Shown: positions 30,875 through 39,482, numbered from the stretch's first letter. The stretch is DNA of 64,000 nt from Candidatus Magasanikbacteria bacterium RIFCSPHIGHO2_02_FULL_48_18 (GCA_001784285.1 MFQC01000007.1:4197-68196); one strand, 5' to 3'. The notes: generated by a model not told the origin, from the sequence alone. Program-made: numbers and translations.

Positions 30875-32242
30875 TCAATAGGCGAGTTCAAAAATTCCTT
30901 GTTCTTTATTCACTTCTCCAAAAAAATAAATTATGCGTTTTTTGACGTCCACGCCGAAACTTTCTATACGCACGTCCGAAAGAACGGTTTGGCTCATATG
31001 GTAGTCGGGATGAAACGCAATGAGCGCGTTTTCTTTTGCAATAAACAGCGCGCCATGAATATCCAGAGCTTTGACATCCTTCATGGGTTCGCTCGTGCGA
31101 TTGAAAAGAGCCAAAGAGCCATTCTCATAAATATTCCATAGTTCCCAAGGCGACCAAAGGACCCACTCGGAGACAAAAGGGTTGTAATACCACGAATCAA
31201 CAGCAACCGTCTTTTTTCCTTGTATGTCAATGCCGTTGCTTCGGGAAAAGATCATGACACCTGCGGGGCCATGCGCAATAAGGCGATTGTCGTTGATGTC
31301 AATAATCTGATCGATTTCTTCCTCAAGATATATTGCTGATTGATTTTTTGGCGAACGTTCAAGAACATTTTTCTCAGGGGCATACGAAAAAACCGTTTGA
31401 TGATCATCCACATACCATATCGAAGAGGATGAAATGGCGATATTTTTTTCACTGAGCGTATTGATGCGCTGGATCATGTCTTCCTTTTGGATGTATACGC
31501 CTTGTTCTGTCTTTTGTTTTGGCCATTGAGAGACATGTGCGCTTTTTGTGGTTGTCACTGTTGCCGTTATCGCGGGGTTTTTGGCCGAGAAAATCGTTGA
31601 TGAAACGATATCTTTTTCCATTTCTCCGATAAGCCCATAATGCCCTGACCATGACCAGGAAAGAGAGAACGGCGCTGTTCCCGCGGTTGTGCTCACAGGA
31701 ATACGTTTTGGCGGTCTTTTGGAAAAATCAATAAGGTCGACTGTTATACCCGTTTCCGTTTGTTGTTGCGCCATGGCATACTGCCCATCATGCGAAAATA
31801 CGACATGTTCCGGAGTCGTCGTTGCCGAAAAAAAATTGAGCCTCACCGGAGAGGCCTTTTTCATAAGACTGAGGTCTCGAATATAGGTGGTTTGGGTGCT
31901 TTCGACCGGCATCTCTTTTTCCCACGGATAATATCCTTCTTTTTCAATTCGAATGCGATAGGCGCCGGGTTTGAGATTGGTGATGCGGGCGCTGGTTTCT
32001 CCGGAGAAAATGCCTATTTTTTTGGAAGAAACGGGTAGAGCATTGATAAAAATATTGGCATCTGCCGGCCGTATGGTGATGCTCACGACACCGGTTTGCT
32101 GTACATGAAATGTCCGAAAATCAATCCGGTAACCGATGGTATAAAAAATGAGCATGGGCGCCGAGATAGAAAAAATGGCAATCAAGCCAATCATAATGGC
32201 TCGTCTCAAGCGGCGCGTAAGAAACGTATTGGGATAGGTCAT
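30875..32242 (-). CDS. PEGA-domain membrane-anchored protein with probable beta-propeller
   Basis: TM-GYR, TGVVSITIRP.A.IFIN, LKPGAYRIRIEKEGYYPWEK. Confidence 0.75.
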   Translation of the reverse strand: MTYPNTFLTRRLRRAIMIGLIAIFSISAPMLIFYTIGYRIDFRTFHVQQTGVVSITIRPADANIFINALPVSSKKIGIFSGETSARITNLKPGAYRIRIEKEGYYPWEKEMPVESTQTTYIRDLSLMKKASPVRLNFFSATTTPEHVVFSHDGQYAMAQQQTETGITVDLIDFSKRPPKRIPVSTTAGTAPFSLSWSWSGHYGLIGEMEKDIVSSTIFSAKNPAITATVTTTKSAHVSQWPKQKTEQGVYIQKEDMIQRINTLSEKNIAISSSSIWYVDDHQTVFSYAPEKNVLERSPKNQSAIYLEEEIDQIIDINDNRLIAHGPAGVMIFSRSNGIDIQGKKTVAVDSWYYNPFVSEWVLWSPWELWNIYENGSLALFNRTSEPMKDVKALDIHGALFIAKENALIAFHPDYHMSQTVLSDVRIESFGVDVKKRIIYFFGEVNKEQGIFELAY

Positions 32243-32307
32243 AGGGATTGCCTTTTTCTTTTCTCTACGGTATAATCCTATCACATTATGTGTCAAAATC
32301 AACCGGT

Positions 32308-33630
32308 ATGGGAATGTTTTTGATTCACGGCGGAAAACAATTGCATGGAACCATTGATGTCACCTCAGGAAAAAATTCGCCCGTCGCTCTTTTGATGGGT
32401 TCATTGGTGATCAAGGGCAAGGTGCGTCTTGAAGATATGAGCCGCGTCGAAGACGTGGAACGCGTGCTTGAACTTTTGGAGAGTATCGGCGTTTCCTACG
32501 CGTGGGAAACGGAAAAAATCGTTGTCCTCGATACGTCAAAACCGCTGACGCTTGAGTCCATTGACCGGCAGGCATGTCGAAAACTTCGGATTTCGTTATT
32601 ATTGTTTGGCGCGCTTTGCGCTAGAGAACGTTCATACAAATTATATAAATCCGGAGGGTGCAAGCTCGGCAATCGTTCGATATTTCCCCACGCGCACAGC
32701 CTGGAAAAGTTTGGCATTCGCATTATTTCAAAAACCAGATGGTACGAGGTTGTGACGCGCAAGCTCGCGGCGGCGCACGTCGTGATGTATGAATCCGGGG
32801 ATACAGCGACCGAAAATGTTATTTTGGCGGCAGTTCTTGCCCCCGGCACTACCACCATTACCTTTGCGTCGGCCAATTACATGGTGCAAGACCTGTGCCA
32901 CATGCTGGTTGCGGCGGGCGCGCGGATTGAGGGCATTGGCACGACCACGCTCACGATTACGGGAGTAAAACGCTTGCACGATGTCTCGTTTGCGGTTTCC
33001 CCCGATCCAGTGGATGCTATGGCATGGATTTCGCTCGCAGTCACCACGCAGTCGCCGCTCACCATTCGCCATTGCCCCATTCAGTTTCTTGAATTGGAAT
33101 TGGAAAAGCTCTCTGTCATGGGACAGAAATACCGTTTGGGAAAAAAACGAAAGGCAAAAAACGGCAAAACCGATTTGGTCGATGTGACCATCCGACCTTC
33201 CACGCTTTCCGCGCTTCCCGATAAGTTGTATGGCAGGCCATTTCCCGGGTTGAATATTGATAATGTTTCATTGTTTGTTCCACTATTAACTCAGGCAAAA
33301 GGGCGGACGCTGGTGCATGATTGGTGTTATGAAAACAGGGCGCTCTATTATTTGGAATTGCAAAAATTGGGCGCCAAAGTGACACTGCTTGACCCGCATC
33401 GCGTGTTTATCGAAGGACCAACGCCGCTTATTGGCAATGAATTGATTTGTCCCAACGCAATACGGCCGGCCATGGCGCTTCTTATCGCCATGATCGCGGC
33501 AAAGGGAACATCGGTCCTGCGCAATACGTATCCTATCGAGCGCGCGTATGAAGATTTGGTGGGCAGGCTCACTCATATTGGCGTCAGCATTCAACGCGTG
33601 GACGCAAGGCCCGACAGTATCGTATTTTAA
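32308..33630 (+). CDS. murA: UDP-N-acetylglucosamine 1-carboxyvinyltransferase
   Basis: SGKNS, GGCKLGNR catalytic-Cys loop, ATENVILAA, IERAYEDL. Confidence 0.9.
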   Translation: MGMFLIHGGKQLHGTIDVTSGKNSPVALLMGSLVIKGKVRLEDMSRVEDVERVLELLESIGVSYAWETEKIVVLDTSKPLTLESIDRQACRKLRISLLLFGALCARERSYKLYKSGGCKLGNRSIFPHAHSLEKFGIRIISKTRWYEVVTRKLAAAHVVMYESGDTATENVILAAVLAPGTTTITFASANYMVQDLCHMLVAAGARIEGIGTTTLTITGVKRLHDVSFAVSPDPVDAMAWISLAVTTQSPLTIRHCPIQFLELELEKLSVMGQKYRLGKKRKAKNGKTDLVDVTIRPSTLSALPDKLYGRPFPGLNIDNVSLFVPLLTQAKGRTLVHDWCYENRALYYLELQKLGAKVTLLDPHRVFIEGPTPLIGNELICPNAIRPAMALLIAMIAAKGTSVLRNTYPIERAYEDLVGRLTHIGVSIQRVDARPDSIVF

Positions 33631-33643
33631 AAAAAAGATGCAT

Positions 33644-34915
33644 ATGATGGAGTATCCTCTTCGGAACACTCAGAGAAAAAGAAAAAAGATTATCGTGATT
33701 TTTTTGGTTTGTCTTTCTTTTGGTCTTGGTTTTTTTGCCGGTGATTTATGGTCCGTCGGCAGGGCGGTGACGAATGAATCCGGCCAGGTGGACATTACCA
33801 AGGTCGTGGACCTTTATTCCAAAACACGGTCGCCATCGGTGAGTTTTTCTCAGTATTGGGATATTTGGGACAGCATTCAGTCAAACTATGTCGGGAATAA
33901 CACCGATGACGTGTCGCTATTTTATGGGTCGCTCGAAGGGCTGGTCAACAGCCTTGACGATCCGTATTCCGTCTATTTTCCTCCCAAAAAGGCGGCAGAA
34001 TTTGCCCAGGATTTGTCTGGAAAATTTGAAGGCATTGGTGCGGAAATCGGCGTAAAAGATAAACAAATTATTATTTTAGCCCCACTGCCATCATCACCGG
34101 CCGAACAGGCAGGCTTGCGCCCGGGCGACATGGTTCTTGCGATTGATGAAAAAGAGACATTTGGGATGACCTTGGAAGAGGCGGTATCGCGGATTCGAGG
34201 TCCAAAAGGGACGTCCGTCCGATTGAGCATTGTCCGCGAAGATGCGCTTGATAAAACGCGCAATATTGTGATTACTCGCAACACCATAGACGTGCCGAGC
34301 ATTATGTTTGAGATGAAAGAGAATGGCATTGCTTTTATTCGAATCGGCTATTTTAATGAAAAGACAAAAAAAGAATTTGACACCGCGGTTCGTTCGTTTT
34401 TGGAAAAATCAGGAAAAGGAATCATTCTTGACATGCGGAGCAACCCCGGAGGGTATTTGGACACGTCGATTGATGTGGCAAGCGAGTGGATCGCGGAAGG
34501 GGTGATTGTAAAAGAGGCATTTCGGGATCCCGCGCAGAATCAAGAACATGCCACAACAGGAAACCATCGTCTCGTTGGCGTGCCGACCGTGGTTTTGGTG
34601 GATGATTTAACGGCGTCAGGCGCGGAAATTGTTGCGGGCGCCCTCCAGGATTATAAGGCGGCCACCATTCTCGGCCAACAAACTTTTGGGAAAGGATCGG
34701 TCCAGGATTTTCAGTTTCTTCCCGACGGATCGGCGCTCAAATTAACAGTGGCAAAATGGCTTACCCCGAACGGAAGACATATTGATCAAGAAGGCATTCT
34801 GCCCGATATCATTATTGACCCCATGTTTCGTCTGGTTGACGACCAAAATCAGCCGCTCGAGAAGCCCGTTGATGAGGGAATGGAAAAGGCAATGGAGATA
34901 TTGAACAAATTATAA
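33644..34915 (+). CDS. S41 C-terminal processing peptidase with PDZ domain
   Basis: LDDPYS, GIGAEI, LDMRSNPGG, ASGAEIVAGALQD, TFGKGSVQ. Confidence 0.93.
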   Translation: MMEYPLRNTQRKRKKIIVIFLVCLSFGLGFFAGDLWSVGRAVTNESGQVDITKVVDLYSKTRSPSVSFSQYWDIWDSIQSNYVGNNTDDVSLFYGSLEGLVNSLDDPYSVYFPPKKAAEFAQDLSGKFEGIGAEIGVKDKQIIILAPLPSSPAEQAGLRPGDMVLAIDEKETFGMTLEEAVSRIRGPKGTSVRLSIVREDALDKTRNIVITRNTIDVPSIMFEMKENGIAFIRIGYFNEKTKKEFDTAVRSFLEKSGKGIILDMRSNPGGYLDTSIDVASEWIAEGVIVKEAFRDPAQNQEHATTGNHRLVGVPTVVLVDDLTASGAEIVAGALQDYKAATILGQQTFGKGSVQDFQFLPDGSALKLTVAKWLTPNGRHIDQEGILPDIIIDPMFRLVDDQNQPLEKPVDEGMEKAMEILNKL

Positions 34916-34943
34916 GATTTATTTCATAATTTTTATTTTTTAT

Positions 34944-36110
34944 ATGACCGACATGAACGAGGCGCATCAAAACGATGGGGGCACAGCATCGCACCCAGAC
35001 GATGTATCACCAAAGAAAAAAACATCCCACCCCGGAAAAATGTTTTTGTATGGCATTCTCACCCTTATCGCTCTCGCGCTTATTGGCGGGTATTATATGG
35101 TGCGTGTGGGCGCTCAAGAGCTGTCTCCTGCGCCTTACGTAGTGAAGGCCGCGACGGTCATGCGTCTTTCTATTGGCAGTGTTAACGGGCAAAAGATTCT
35201 TTTTTCCGATTATGCGAAAGATTACACCAGTTTAAAAACGTTTTTTTCACAGCCGCGGGAAGGATTTGAAAGCCCTGAAAAAGAAGAATTGCGAAAAATT
35301 GTCGCACAGCGTTTGTTTTTGAATGCCCTGGTCAAGAGCGCCGCCAATATGTTTGGTGTCTCCGTGACGAATGATGATTATGAAGAAGGTAAAGCAGACC
35401 TTATTGCGTCTCGAGGGTCGGAAGAAGTCGCGGCCGGGGAATTGATGGATCAATATGGGTGGACGATCGACGATTTTCTGCACCGCGTCATCGGGCCATT
35501 GGTGCTTGAGCGAAAATTACGGGAAGCATTTGGCGAGAGTACCGACTCCGCGTATGAACAATATGAGACCGGAGAAGAAGAGGTGCGGGCGAGCCACATT
35601 CTTTTTCCTGTCGACACCGCCGATCTTGAAGGAAAAGCGCCAGAAGATGCAAAGGCGCAGGTGCGTTCAGCGGCTCAAGAAGTGCTTGATTCCATGTCGT
35701 CCGATACCGATTTTGCGGCGCTCGCAAAACAATACGGCAGTGACGCGACCGCGCCCAAAGGCGGGGATTTGGGATGGTTTGGCCGGGGAGACATGGTGGC
35801 GCCTTTTGAGGAAGCGGTGTTTGCCTTGGACATCAATCAGGTAGGTCCGCAATTGGTTGAAAGCCAATTTGGGTATCATATCGTCAAGCTCACCGGCAGG
35901 CGGCAGGCAAAAAATTTTGAAGCGTTTATGAACGATCAACTGCGGAATGCAAACGTGAAGATGTCCGCCAATTTGGAAAATCCATTTGTTGAAATTATCC
36001 AAAGTTTGGACGCCCCTGCTCCTGCTCTTGAAGATGCGCCAATCAGTATTGATGAAAATGAAAATGGTGATGGAGAAAATCCTGCGGAGAGTGTTGAGCC
36101 TGTTCAATAA
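34944..36110 (+). CDS. parvulin-type peptidyl-prolyl isomerase (PrsA/SurA-like foldase)
   Basis: N-terminal TM; VRASHILF, FAALAKQYGSD, GGDLGWF, FGYHIVK. Confidence 0.9.
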   Translation: MTDMNEAHQNDGGTASHPDDVSPKKKTSHPGKMFLYGILTLIALALIGGYYMVRVGAQELSPAPYVVKAATVMRLSIGSVNGQKILFSDYAKDYTSLKTFFSQPREGFESPEKEELRKIVAQRLFLNALVKSAANMFGVSVTNDDYEEGKADLIASRGSEEVAAGELMDQYGWTIDDFLHRVIGPLVLERKLREAFGESTDSAYEQYETGEEEVRASHILFPVDTADLEGKAPEDAKAQVRSAAQEVLDSMSSDTDFAALAKQYGSDATAPKGGDLGWFGRGDMVAPFEEAVFALDINQVGPQLVESQFGYHIVKLTGRRQAKNFEAFMNDQLRNANVKMSANLENPFVEIIQSLDAPAPALEDAPISIDENENGDGENPAESVEPVQ

Positions 36111-36169
36111 AAGATACGCGGCTTTGTATGCCCCGGATCAAAGAGGGACGTCGCACCGTCCGGGGTTTT

Positions 36170-36241
36170 GCGGGTGTCGTATAATGGCTATTACGCCAGC
36201 TTCCCAAGCTTGATACGGCGGTTCGATTCCGCTCACCCGCT
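36170..36241 (+). tRNA. tRNA-Gly(CCC)
   Basis: Acceptor GCGGGTG/CACCCGC, loop TTCCCAA, T-arm GGCGG-TTCGATT-CCGCT; CCA not encoded. Confidence 0.92.
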
Positions 36242-36262
36242 CAAATAGCATAGTCGTGTTTT

Positions 36263-36335
36263 GCCGATGTAGCTCAGCTGGTAGAGCAGACCCTTCGTAA
36301 GGGTAAGGTCAGCGGTTCGATTCCGCTCATCGGCT
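36263..36335 (+). tRNA. tRNA-Thr(CGT)
   Basis: Acceptor GCCGATG/CATCGGC, D-arm GCTC/GAGC, loop TTCGTAA, T-arm AGCGG-TTCGATT-CCGCT. Confidence 0.95.
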
Positions 36336-36360
36336 CTTCAACATTCAATACAGATACGCT

Positions 36361-36663
36361 ATGGTTGTCAAAGAATTTTTGCAATTTATAAAAGAATACA
36401 AAATTATTTCCCTTGCGATCGCATTTGTGATGGGAAGCGCGAGCACGAGCCTTGTCAATTCTCTTGTGAAAGACGTGCTCATGCCCATTCTCAATCCGAT
36501 TCTTTCCACACAATCATGGAAAGAAATAGCCCTTCACGTTGGGCCGATCAGAATTCCATATGGCTCGTTTTTGGCGGAATTGTTTAATTTTTCTATCCTC
36601 GCGCTTATCGTATTTATTGTTGCCAAAAAAATTCTCAAAGAAGAAGTCGTAAAGAAAAAATAA
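36361..36663 (+). CDS. mscL: MscL-family mechanosensitive channel (short form)
   Basis: KEFLQFIKEYKIISLAIAFVMG ... SLVKDVLMP ... YGSFL. Confidence 0.88.
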   Translation: MVVKEFLQFIKEYKIISLAIAFVMGSASTSLVNSLVKDVLMPILNPILSTQSWKEIALHVGPIRIPYGSFLAELFNFSILALIVFIVAKKILKEEVVKKK

Positions 36664-36668
36664 TAACC

Positions 36669-36700
36669 AAAAAATCCTCTGAAAGATCAGAGGATTTTTT
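36669..36700. terminator. bidirectional intrinsic terminator
   Basis: Perfect 14-bp inverted repeat AAAAAATCCTCTGA-AAGA-TCAGAGGATTTTTT between convergent genes. Confidence 0.85.
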
Positions 36701-36775
36701 AATGGTCGGATTGGGCGTCTCGTATCGCCCTGGAGTCCGACCGGCTCCGTGTTGCCCCCCTTGTGGTGCCCCCAG

Positions 36776-37165
36776 CTACCCGCCCTTGGCCCGGGCGAGC
36801 TGAAGTATCCAGACGCAGACGATGGCGCACTTCATCGCCTGCTTCGCGTTGTCCGGCGTGGCGAACAGGCGCTGGGCCATGCGCCCGGCCGCGGCCGAGA
36901 TATCGCCACCATTGGCCGACATCAGAAAATCGAGCATGTGGCATTCGTTGTCCGTCAGGGCGAAAGTCTCGACGCACTCCCTCTCATCGACGGTGCATGT
37001 CTCGAGGGCCTTGGCGACCCTCCGAAAGAGTTCAATGAACATGACAGACCCGTCCGGCGCCGCGTGCCGGACGTTTGTGGTGATCAGGGCACGAATCGCG
37101 CCCTCGTTCGCGGCCTCGCGGACCAACCGGTCCACGAAGGCCTCGCCTTCCTCTTGCGTGTACAT
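36776..37165 (-). CDS. hypothetical protein (GC-rich orphan)
   Basis: ORF starting MYTQEEGEAF with GGAGG 4 nt upstream and TTGAAA-17bp-TAACGT promoter. Confidence 0.65.
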   Translation of the reverse strand: MYTQEEGEAFVDRLVREAANEGAIRALITTNVRHAAPDGSVMFIELFRRVAKALETCTVDERECVETFALTDNECHMLDFLMSANGGDISAAAGRMAQRLFATPDNAKQAMKCAIVCVWILQLARAKGG

Positions 37166-37288
37166 GAGCCCTCCGGTTGCGAGTTGCGTGGACGTTAGCA
37201 TAGGTCATTTTCTTTTTCAAGGGGCAATACCATCTATATCGCTTTTTTATTTTATGCTATACTTTTTATAATTGATCGCGTTTTTGGT

Positions 37289-37969
37289 ATGATCACCCTT
37301 AAAGGATTAACAAAGCAATACAACAAAGACACGCTGGCACTTGATAATATTTCGGCCCATATTGGGGCAGGAGAGTTTGTTTCTATTGTCGGCCAAAGCG
37401 GAACCGGCAAAACCACGCTGATCAAAATTTTGATTGCGGAAGAAAAGCCCACTGCCGGAACTGTGGAAATAGGGGGATGGGATATTTCGGGTATTCGCAA
37501 ATCGGATATTCCTTTTTTGCGTCGCCAAATTGGCGTTATTTTCCAGGATTTTAAATTATTGCCCAAAAAAACAGTTCAAGAAAATGTATCATTTGCGCTC
37601 CAGGTGGCCGGGGAGACCCAGCATCGCATTCATGATGTGGTCCCGCGCGTTCTTGATATTGTGGGATTGGGGTATAAGGCCGACCGATATCCCGGGCAGT
37701 TGTCCGGAGGAGAACAACAGCGCGTTGTTATCGCGCGGTCGCTTGTCCATCGGCCAAAAATTGTCGTCGCGGACGAACCAACCGGAAATTTGGACGCGAT
37801 CAATACATATGAGGTGATTGAAATTTTAAAAAAAATCAATGAATTTGGAACCACCGTCGTTCTGGTGACGCACAATAGGGAAGTGGTCAATAGTCTCAAA
37901 AAGCGCGTGATTACGCTTCACAACGGCAAAATTATTGCCGATGAACAAAACGGGAAATATCGCCTTTAA
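37289..37969 (+). CDS. ftsE: cell division ATP-binding protein FtsE
   Basis: GQSGTGKTT, IGVIFQDFKLL, LSGGEQQR, ADEPTGNLD; upstream of ftsX. Confidence 0.93.
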   Translation: MITLKGLTKQYNKDTLALDNISAHIGAGEFVSIVGQSGTGKTTLIKILIAEEKPTAGTVEIGGWDISGIRKSDIPFLRRQIGVIFQDFKLLPKKTVQENVSFALQVAGETQHRIHDVVPRVLDIVGLGYKADRYPGQLSGGEQQRVVIARSLVHRPKIVVADEPTGNLDAINTYEVIEILKKINEFGTTVVLVTHNREVVNSLKKRVITLHNGKIIADEQNGKYRL

Positions 37970-37979
37970 ATTTTCTTCC

Positions 37980-38888
37980 ATGGTTTCTTTTTTGCGTGTT
38001 ATCAAGTTTGCGTTTCAAGATTTGGCCCGCAATATCAGTTTGTCCGCGATGACAGTTCTTATTTTGATTCTCATGCTTTTGTCCGTGAATACATTATTGG
38101 TGATTCGCGTATTGACGAGAGAGGCGATCACATCCATCAAAAGCCAAATTGACGTGAGCGTCTATTTTGAAAATGCCGTGTCTCAACAAAGTATTGACGA
38201 GGTGATTTCATTTGTCACTTCATTTCCCGAAGTGATCGGCACGGAATACCAATCCAAAGAGCAGGTGCTTGAGGCATTCAAAAAAACCCATGAAAACGAT
38301 AAACATATTTCAGAAGCGCTGGCTGAACTGAAAGAAAATCCGCTTGGCGCTGTTTTAATTATTCAGACGCGCGATCCGGCAGAATATAAAAATATCATTG
38401 ATGCCCTATCTGTCCCGGAGTACGAAGATATTATCGAAGCAAAAACGTTTGACGACACAGAAAAAGCGATCGAACGCATTGATATGATTACCAAACAAGT
38501 GGAACGATTGAGCTATGCGTTGACGATTTTTTTCGCGGTTATTGCGTTTCTCATCATTTTTAATACCATTCGAGTGGCTATTTATACCCAGCGCATTGAA
38601 ATTGCCATCAAAAAATTGGTCGGGGCCACGGATTGGTTTATTCGCGGGCCTTACATCGTTGAGGCCTTTCTATTTAGTGTGTTGAGCACCTTTTTGACTG
38701 CAGTCATTGTTTTTTTTGCATTTCGCGTTCTTGACCCCTATGTCGCCGCTGTGTTTGAACAGCCGTCCATCTTGACACAATACTTTTTTTCCCATATATT
38801 ATTGTTGCTTGGCGGACAGTTTATGGCCGTCCTCTTTTTAACTATCATGACCAGTTTTCTCGCTATGCGAAGACATCTTCGGGTCTGA
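37980..38888 (+). CDS. ftsX: cell division permease FtsX
   Basis: SVYF, NPL, FNTIRVAIY...EIAIKKLVGATDWFIRGPY. Confidence 0.92.
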   Translation: MVSFLRVIKFAFQDLARNISLSAMTVLILILMLLSVNTLLVIRVLTREAITSIKSQIDVSVYFENAVSQQSIDEVISFVTSFPEVIGTEYQSKEQVLEAFKKTHENDKHISEALAELKENPLGAVLIIQTRDPAEYKNIIDALSVPEYEDIIEAKTFDDTEKAIERIDMITKQVERLSYALTIFFAVIAFLIIFNTIRVAIYTQRIEIAIKKLVGATDWFIRGPYIVEAFLFSVLSTFLTAVIVFFAFRVLDPYVAAVFEQPSILTQYFFSHILLLLGGQFMAVLFLTIMTSFLAMRRHLRV

Positions 38889-38901
38889 GAAAATATATAA
38901 T

Positions 38902-38972
38902 TCGGGGCTCGTCTAATGGTAGGACTTCAGGTTTTGGTCCTGACTATCGGGGTTCGAATCCCTGGCCCCGAG
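38902..38972 (+). tRNA. tRNA-Gln(TTG)
   Basis: Acceptor TCGGGGC/GCCCCGA, stem TCAGG/CCTGA with loop TTTTGGT, T-loop TTCGAAT. Confidence 0.93.
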
Positions 38973-38980
38973 CAAATACA

Positions 38981-39074
38981 GGTTTACTGAGTTTTCTTGG
39001 TTCTCTCAGTTTACTAAGTTACAAAAATAACTTAGTAAACTCAGTTAACTTAGATCAACTAAGAAAACTGAGAC
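38981..39074. repeat. inverted array of ~9-nt repeats between tRNA-Gln and tRNA-Asn
   Basis: Left units GGTTTACTG AGTTTTCTT GGTTCTCTC AGTTTACTA; perfect 14-bp core inverted repeat 39008-39021/39028-39041; right units TAGTAAACT CAGTTAACT TAGATCAACT AAGAAAACT. Confidence 0.8.
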
Positions 39075-39078
39075 AAAT

Positions 39079-39457
39079 TCGGCGGTAGCTCAGCGGTAGA
39101 GCAGTTGGCTGTGAGAAAAGCAGCTCTCGATAGAAATATCGGGATGAAAACGAGGTGAATTGCTGGAAGTCCTCATTCCAACGGTGGAGCAGGATAATCA
39201 GCAGCCAATCTTTTGTTCAGGGAGAGAACAGTGCTTTCGCACTGTAACCCTGTCGGAAGCAGGTTCAGAGACTATCCATTTATTGGAGTACCTTGTGCCG
39301 GACGTACATTGTCTGTCCGATACTGGGGAAGCGCCTCGCACCCTAACGTTTCCGATTCAATCGGAATTTGGCGAGGGTGATAATATAGTCCATCCTTTTG
39401 GGAAACCGGAAGACTGATGTAACCAATTGGTCGTCGGTTCGAATCCGACCCGCCGAG
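39079..39457 (+). tRNA. tRNA-Asn(GTT), split by an intron (exons 39079-39112 and 39420-39457)
   Basis: Joined exons give a 72-nt cloverleaf: TCGGCGG/CCGCCGA, GCTC/GAGC, GTTGG-CT-GT|T-AA-CCAAT, GTCGG-TTCGAAT-CCGAC, discriminator G. Confidence 0.92.
39113..39419 (+). ncRNA. group I self-splicing intron (IA-like, no endonuclease ORF) at tRNA position 35/36
   Basis: P1 GCTGT/GCAGC with U-G at splice site; P AATTGCTGGAAG; Q AATCAGCAGC; R GTTCAGAGACTA; S ATAATATAGTCC; P3, P7, P8, P9 pairings; terminal G. Confidence 0.92.
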
Positions 39458-39458
39458 C

Positions 39459-39482
39459 AAAAAATCCCGTGAGGGATTTTTT
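39459..39482 (+). terminator. intrinsic terminator after the tRNA cluster
   Basis: AAAAAATCCC-GTGA-GGGATTTTTT. Confidence 0.8.

Noticed and set aside
36274-36513. Minus-strand ORF ending MSGIEPLTLPLRRVCSTS
   Set aside because: Antisense translation of tRNA-Thr and mscL
38981-39074. CRISPR array
   Set aside because: Units are ~9 nt, contiguous and inverted, with no spacers; no cas genes in the window
39079-39120. tRNA-His(GTG) or pseudo-tRNA reading of the 5' half
   Set aside because: GTG arises only across the exon/intron boundary; the anticodon stem closes only with the distant 3' exon, giving GTT
39160-39417. 85-aa ORF inside the intron as a homing endonuclease
   Set aside because: Overlaps the ribozyme core, has a TTG start, and shows no LAGLIDADG, GIY-YIG or HNH motif
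36170-39482. Prophage or island integrated at a tRNA
   Set aside because: No integrase and no duplicated tRNA 3' end found; the 18 nt shared by tRNA-Gly and tRNA-Thr are ordinary T-arm similarity
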